Shown here: positions 7,274 to 10,676 of the stretch, in pieces
How positions within the stretch are numbered: position 1 is the first letter of the stretch
Layout: each line of letters begins with the position of its first letter
Made by a program: the position numbers and the translations under genes
UHGV virus genome: UHGV-0324942
Length of the DNA: 10,676 nt
Direction: 5' to 3' (one strand)
Source of the DNA: a virus
Notes under the pieces: generated by a model
Seen by the model: the letters and a program-made list of their open reading frames with translations, nothing else
What the model was told of the DNA's origin: nothing
Databases searched by the model: none

Positions 7274-7850
7274 ATTGTGGGGCGACTGGCCACTCAATAT
7301 CTGCTGCTACTGTTGTATCAACACGATGCAACAATACTCGATATGTCTTCCATGCAGCCAGTAACGATGTCTCTTCCTCCGTCGCAATATCTAAATCTAT
7401 AGCATCCTGAAGTGGTGCAATATGCTCACTGGCTACCTGCATCAGGCTGTTTTTTGTTTCTTCCGCCTCCCTTATCCGAAATAGTTTTTCTGCTTCTGCA
7501 TCTTTCACCCAGGATGTGCCGTTCCACTTCTGATACTCTCCATACGGCGACAACCAGGTAACATTTTCCGGTAATGGACCGAGTTCAGAAATAAATAACG
7601 AGTCCCCTGATGCCACGTCATAAACCGTTTTACCCCGATGGTCTTCAACGAGATGCCACGATGCCTCATCACTGTTGAAAACGGCCACGAAGCCAGCCGG
7701 AATATCTGGCGGGGCAATATCGGTACTGTTTGCAGGCAGACCTGTATGAGGTGGAATGTATGCATCACCTTCACCAATAAACTCATTGGTTCCGGTCAGT
7801 AGATTATAAATTTTTATGGTCCGTGAGTGTTCACTCATTCTGAATGTCAT
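7272..7850 (-). CDS. G: Tail fibre assembly chaperone (lambda Tfa-like; occupies the P2 gpG position)
   Basis: 192-aa ORF; N-terminus [51 protein letters not shown]... closely matches the remembered lambda Tfa N-terminus; ATG overlaps the fibre stop (TAATG). Confidence 0.88.
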   Translation of the reverse strand: MTFRMSEHSRTIKIYNLLTGTNEFIGEGDAYIPPHTGLPANSTDIAPPDIPAGFVAVFNSDEASWHLVEDHRGKTVYDVASGDSLFISELGPLPENVTWLSPYGEYQKWNGTSWVKDAEAEKLFRIREAEETKNSLMQVASEHIAPLQDAIDLDIATEEETSLLAAWKTYRVLLHRVDTTVAADIEWPVAPQ

Positions 7851-9976
7851 TATGCAAGCCTCACAATATAGTTAAATGCGATGTTTTTTACGGTGTTTTC
7901 TTTGTTACCCGTAGCGTTAACGGTGATGGTGTGTCCGTGGGGACCAATAATGACAGAATGGGCATGAGCACCAATGCCGATAGTGTGGTTATGGGCACCG
8001 ATATATACATTGTGAGCATGCCCGCCTGCGCTCGACGTGGTACCAGTACCTAACGCAGCGTTATAACCGGCTGATACACCATTCCCCGCGCCAGTGTGAC
8101 CAACAGGTATATTGTGTGAATGATTTCCAGCGCTATTCGTAGTTTTTGTGCCGTAATCAAATGAACTGGTCGTTTTAGTACCGTAATCAAACGACGATGT
8201 GGTTTTCGTCCCCAAATCCGTACTGGATGCGCTGGCGCTGTGGGTGTGCGATTTAATGCCGTCCTGTTCCTGAGACAATACGGCACGACCACTGCCGGGC
8301 TTGCCCTTAATCGTCCAGCCACGCATATCAGGAATAACGCCTGACGGATAAGCGACTGCAAGTTTCGGGTATGCAGATTTGTCAAAAGTCTGCCCCTGCA
8401 TCAGGGCATAGCCAGACGGAACGGTATCTGATGGCCACGGGATTGGTGCACCGACTGGATAAAACTCTGCAGGAGGATGAGCCGAGGTGTAAAGCTGCGC
8501 CCACGGCGACCAGTTTGCGTCGGTCGTATCCCGTCGTGAACGAATAAATGCCGGAGCATGAGCACCGCTTGTACCACTCCAGCCGATGAGTAACTCACCT
8601 TCGCCAACGGCTGTCATCCCTTTCAGGTGAATGATATTTCCATACGCTGTTGGATATCCGTTGTTATACACCTCGTATAACTCAAGACCTGTTGCCCCCT
8701 GCGTATTGTCTGTCAGCGCGGTTACCCGACCTTTTGAAGACAGATTAACTGATGATACTGCTGTTCCACCTGACGGTAATGCCCCGATCTCTGATGCCGT
8801 TGGCTTATTTCTGGAGTTATAGTCCCTTCGCCAGCCAGGTGAATAATCTGTTCCGTGATTAATATAGGTAAACTGGGCGTTAGTTGTTCCGCCACCAGTG
8901 GAGGTAGTCGGTGTGGTAATGCGGATCGTCATCGCTGACTTTATCCCCATTACTTCAATGACAGCTCCTGCGAGATGAATATTACCGCAGCCAGTATCAG
9001 TAATGATTTTATTATTGCCATAAGACCAGGAACCCTTGCACATCCAGTATGGATGGTTAAATGCTCCCTGAGAATCCAGCCACTCGATAAACTGTGCAGT
9101 CGTCCAGTCTCCTGTTGTTGTGCTTACTGACCCACCGAAGGCACGGCTGGCACCAATATTTTTCGTAAAGGTGTCTTTGCCAGGGATATCCGCACCGTTC
9201 TTATCTTTCTGCAGACGTTTCTCAGCATTGTCATTGGCTGCTTTTACTGCCTTTGGCGTTGCTGCCAGCGTTTCAGACGTGCTGTTGGTCGCGCTGCTTA
9301 GCTGGACTATCCCTTTCTGTGCTGTCGTTGCATCCTGTGCGGTGTATTTCCCGTCAGCCAGGTCATACGCGGCCTTAACTGCTTTTGGCGTTGCCGCCAG
9401 CGTTTCAGAATCGCTGTTAGTGGCGCTACTGAGTTGAACAAAGCCTTTTGCGGTCAGCGAGGCATCCGGGTGACATCGTGACTGTTCATGCTCTTTCAGT
9501 TTGTTATCCACGTAATCCACTGTGGCCATCACCATGGTGTTATCCACGGTAAGCGCCACAGTGGCAGTGCTGGATACGGTCAGAATGGTGCGAAATGTTT
9601 GTGCACGTCCGGACCCTTCGGCAACGGCTGGCTTGTAACTTTCGGCAGTATTGCCCACCGCGATTAAATCGCCGTGCTCATCAAACACACCAATTTCCCG
9701 GATCCAGAATCCGCCCGTTTCTGGAGGAATAACCAGCTCCGCAATAATGCGGTTCTGATGTGTTGCGTCCAGGATGACGCGATTAACAGTGTGTCGCCAC
9801 ACCTCATGCACCAGACGGGTCTGCTTACTGTCTGGTGTGGGCAACGCGCCGCCACCGTCGCCCACGGCCATATGAGTCAGGCGGACAGGCTTACCATCTG
9901 GCGCGGCTGCCTGAGCTAATTTTTTGGCACCTGTATCGGTGATAACGGTTTTAAATTTTCGTGTTGTGGTACTCAT
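7850..9976 (-). CDS. H: Tail fibre protein, mosaic: P2 gpH-like N-terminus with a lambda Stf/T4 gp37-like His-box distal tip
   Basis: 708-aa ORF; N-terminal region (...MAVGDGGG...HEVWRH...[10 protein letters not shown]...) and duplicated [21 protein letters not shown] motif are typical of gpH; C-terminus carries [10 protein letters not shown] tandem repeats and five HxH boxes (HSHN, HAHN, HNHT, HAHS, HGHT), ending ...[11 protein letters not shown]. Confidence 0.9.
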   Translation of the reverse strand: MSTTTRKFKTVITDTGAKKLAQAAAPDGKPVRLTHMAVGDGGGALPTPDSKQTRLVHEVWRHTVNRVILDATHQNRIIAELVIPPETGGFWIREIGVFDEHGDLIAVGNTAESYKPAVAEGSGRAQTFRTILTVSSTATVALTVDNTMVMATVDYVDNKLKEHEQSRCHPDASLTAKGFVQLSSATNSDSETLAATPKAVKAAYDLADGKYTAQDATTAQKGIVQLSSATNSTSETLAATPKAVKAANDNAEKRLQKDKNGADIPGKDTFTKNIGASRAFGGSVSTTTGDWTTAQFIEWLDSQGAFNHPYWMCKGSWSYGNNKIITDTGCGNIHLAGAVIEVMGIKSAMTIRITTPTTSTGGGTTNAQFTYINHGTDYSPGWRRDYNSRNKPTASEIGALPSGGTAVSSVNLSSKGRVTALTDNTQGATGLELYEVYNNGYPTAYGNIIHLKGMTAVGEGELLIGWSGTSGAHAPAFIRSRRDTTDANWSPWAQLYTSAHPPAEFYPVGAPIPWPSDTVPSGYALMQGQTFDKSAYPKLAVAYPSGVIPDMRGWTIKGKPGSGRAVLSQEQDGIKSHTHSASASSTDLGTKTTSSFDYGTKTTSSFDYGTKTTNSAGNHSHNIPVGHTGAGNGVSAGYNAALGTGTTSSAGGHAHNVYIGAHNHTIGIGAHAHSVIIGPHGHTITVNATGNKENTVKNIAFNYIVRLA
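8141..8233 (-). repeat. About three imperfect tandem copies of a 30-bp unit inside the fibre gene (encode [10 protein letters not shown] repeats)
   Basis: Plus-strand units tttgtgccgtaatcaaatgaactggtcg / tttagtaccgtaatcaaacgacgatgtgg / tttcgtccccaaatccgtactggatgcg read directly. Confidence 0.6.
9236..9445 (-). repeat. Two roughly 75-bp direct repeats with 132-bp period inside the fibre gene (encode the duplicated [23 protein letters not shown] motif)
   Basis: Near-identical stretches (...ctttggcgttgc[t/c]gccagcgtttcaga...) at about 9236-9313 and 9368-9445; they also create the spurious plus-strand ORF 9120-9437 with an internally repeated peptide. Confidence 0.6.
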
Positions 9977-9978
9977 GC

Positions 9979-10509
9979 TTAATCGTCCGGATAAATGGTA
10001 ATAACTTCACCGTCATGAGTTGCCGCCGCTGCAAAAATATCCCCCGGAATTTCCTGAATGATATTCAGCCCTGTCATGTGGCGGCTGACCGGACGGGCAT
10101 CAGCAATCAACCGCTCCATTTCCAGATACATTTCCTCCGTCACGCCACTGTCCAGTGTGCCGACTTCAACGGTAAATGTTCCCGGTTCTCCGCCGAACTC
10201 CCACCACTCAGACACGCGAATGAGGTATCCCAGCGGCTCAATGGCCCTGCGCAGTGCGCTGATGGTCCCTTTGTGTCGGTGTGTCAGCCATGCATCACGA
10301 ATCACCTGTCGTTTTGTCTCTTCCGGCCAGTTGCGATCCCAGCGGTCAACGGAAAATGCCCAGGCGAGATAAGGCAGCAGGTGCACCGGGCAGGTGTCCG
10401 GCGACCACAGCGTGTTGAGGTCTACCGGGATGTCTGTAATGCGCGTTCCGACAGCTTCGGCACAACGCATGAAACTGCTGGCTGATGGTGGTAACAGTGA
10501 ATTACTCAT
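9979..10509 (-). CDS. I: Baseplate protein (P2 gpI-like)
   Basis: ORF track gives a GTG start at 10542, but the ATG at 10509 yields [12 protein letters not shown]..., matching the gpI N-terminus, and the upstream codons belong to the J reading frame; internal ...[15 protein letters not shown]...ERLIADARP... resembles gpI. Confidence 0.85.
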   Translation of the reverse strand: MSNSLLPPSASSFMRCAEAVGTRITDIPVDLNTLWSPDTCPVHLLPYLAWAFSVDRWDRNWPEETKRQVIRDAWLTHRHKGTISALRRAIEPLGYLIRVSEWWEFGGEPGTFTVEVGTLDSGVTEEMYLEMERLIADARPVSRHMTGLNIIQEIPGDIFAAAATHDGEVITIYPDD

Positions 10510-10676
10510 TGCGCCCACCTTCGCTGATGGTGAACGACTCACAGCGCGCCGCCTGTATGTCGCTGATGGCCATATTCTGTGTGGGTTCGATTATCTCCAC
10601 GCGTTGCACACCGTGCACATGCAGTGCGGCAGCAATGGCGGACAACGCCACGTCCTGACCGATAAGCCCCTGCTCA
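10502..10676 (-). CDS. J: Baseplate assembly protein (P2 gpJ-like), C-terminal 57 codons; 5' end outside the window
   Basis: Minus-strand frame open from the window edge to TAA (10504-10502): ...[57 protein letters not shown]. Its last codons overlap the I start by 8 nt (ATGAGTAA). Identity inferred mainly from position upstream of I. Confidence 0.55.
   Translation of the reverse strand, partial: EQGLIGQDVALSAIAAALHVHGVQRVEIIEPTQNMAISDIQAARCESFTISEGGRNE

Noticed and set aside
9120-9437. 105-aa plus-strand ORF with an internally repeated peptide
   Set aside because: Artefact of the 75-bp direct repeat inside the fibre gene read on the opposite strand.
7272-9976. Possible invertible tail-fibre segment (Gin/Cin/Pin-type host-range switch)
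   Set aside because: No second inverted fibre-tip or tfa copy and no invertase gene in the window; the space after G is occupied by the acetyltransferase gene.
9961-10485. 174-aa and 104-aa plus-strand ORFs (9961-10485, 10058-10372)
   Set aside because: Antisense to the gpI-like gene; no translation signals.
1-10676. CRISPR array, tRNA, rRNA, integrase or transposase
   Set aside because: No regularly spaced direct repeats, no tRNA-like structure and no recombinase-like ORF seen; the window is almost entirely phage structural genes.

Overview
This window is the tail-morphogenesis region of a P2-like myovirus prophage in an enterobacterial-looking background. Plus strand: tail sheath (914-2098), tail tube (2098-2610), tail assembly chaperone E (2666-3040) with a -1 frame extension E' (to 3204), tape measure protein (3182-5998) and a gpU-like tail protein (6011-6499). 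These are followed by a visibly AT-rich single-gene island (about 6560-7235) encoding a hexapeptide-repeat, serine-acetyltransferase-like enzyme with its own sigma70-like promoter and hairpin terminator. Minus strand: the N-terminal 252 codons of a gpD-like tail protein (756 down to 1, running off the window), a lambda-Tfa-like fibre assembly protein (7850-7272), a mosaic tail fibre (9976-7850), a gpI-like baseplate protein (10509-9979) and the gpJ C-terminus (10676-10502). The most interesting candidate is the acetyltransferase cargo gene at the fibre/sheath junction, a known accessory-gene hotspot in P2-like phages. Also notable: the sheath-to-U block is inverted relative to both D and J-I-H-G compared with collinear P2 order, and the chaperone gene carries a predicted programmed -1 frameshift. 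No tRNA, rRNA, CRISPR array, integrase or transposase was recognised. All homology statements come from reading the translations and memory of these protein families; no database search or computed statistic was available.
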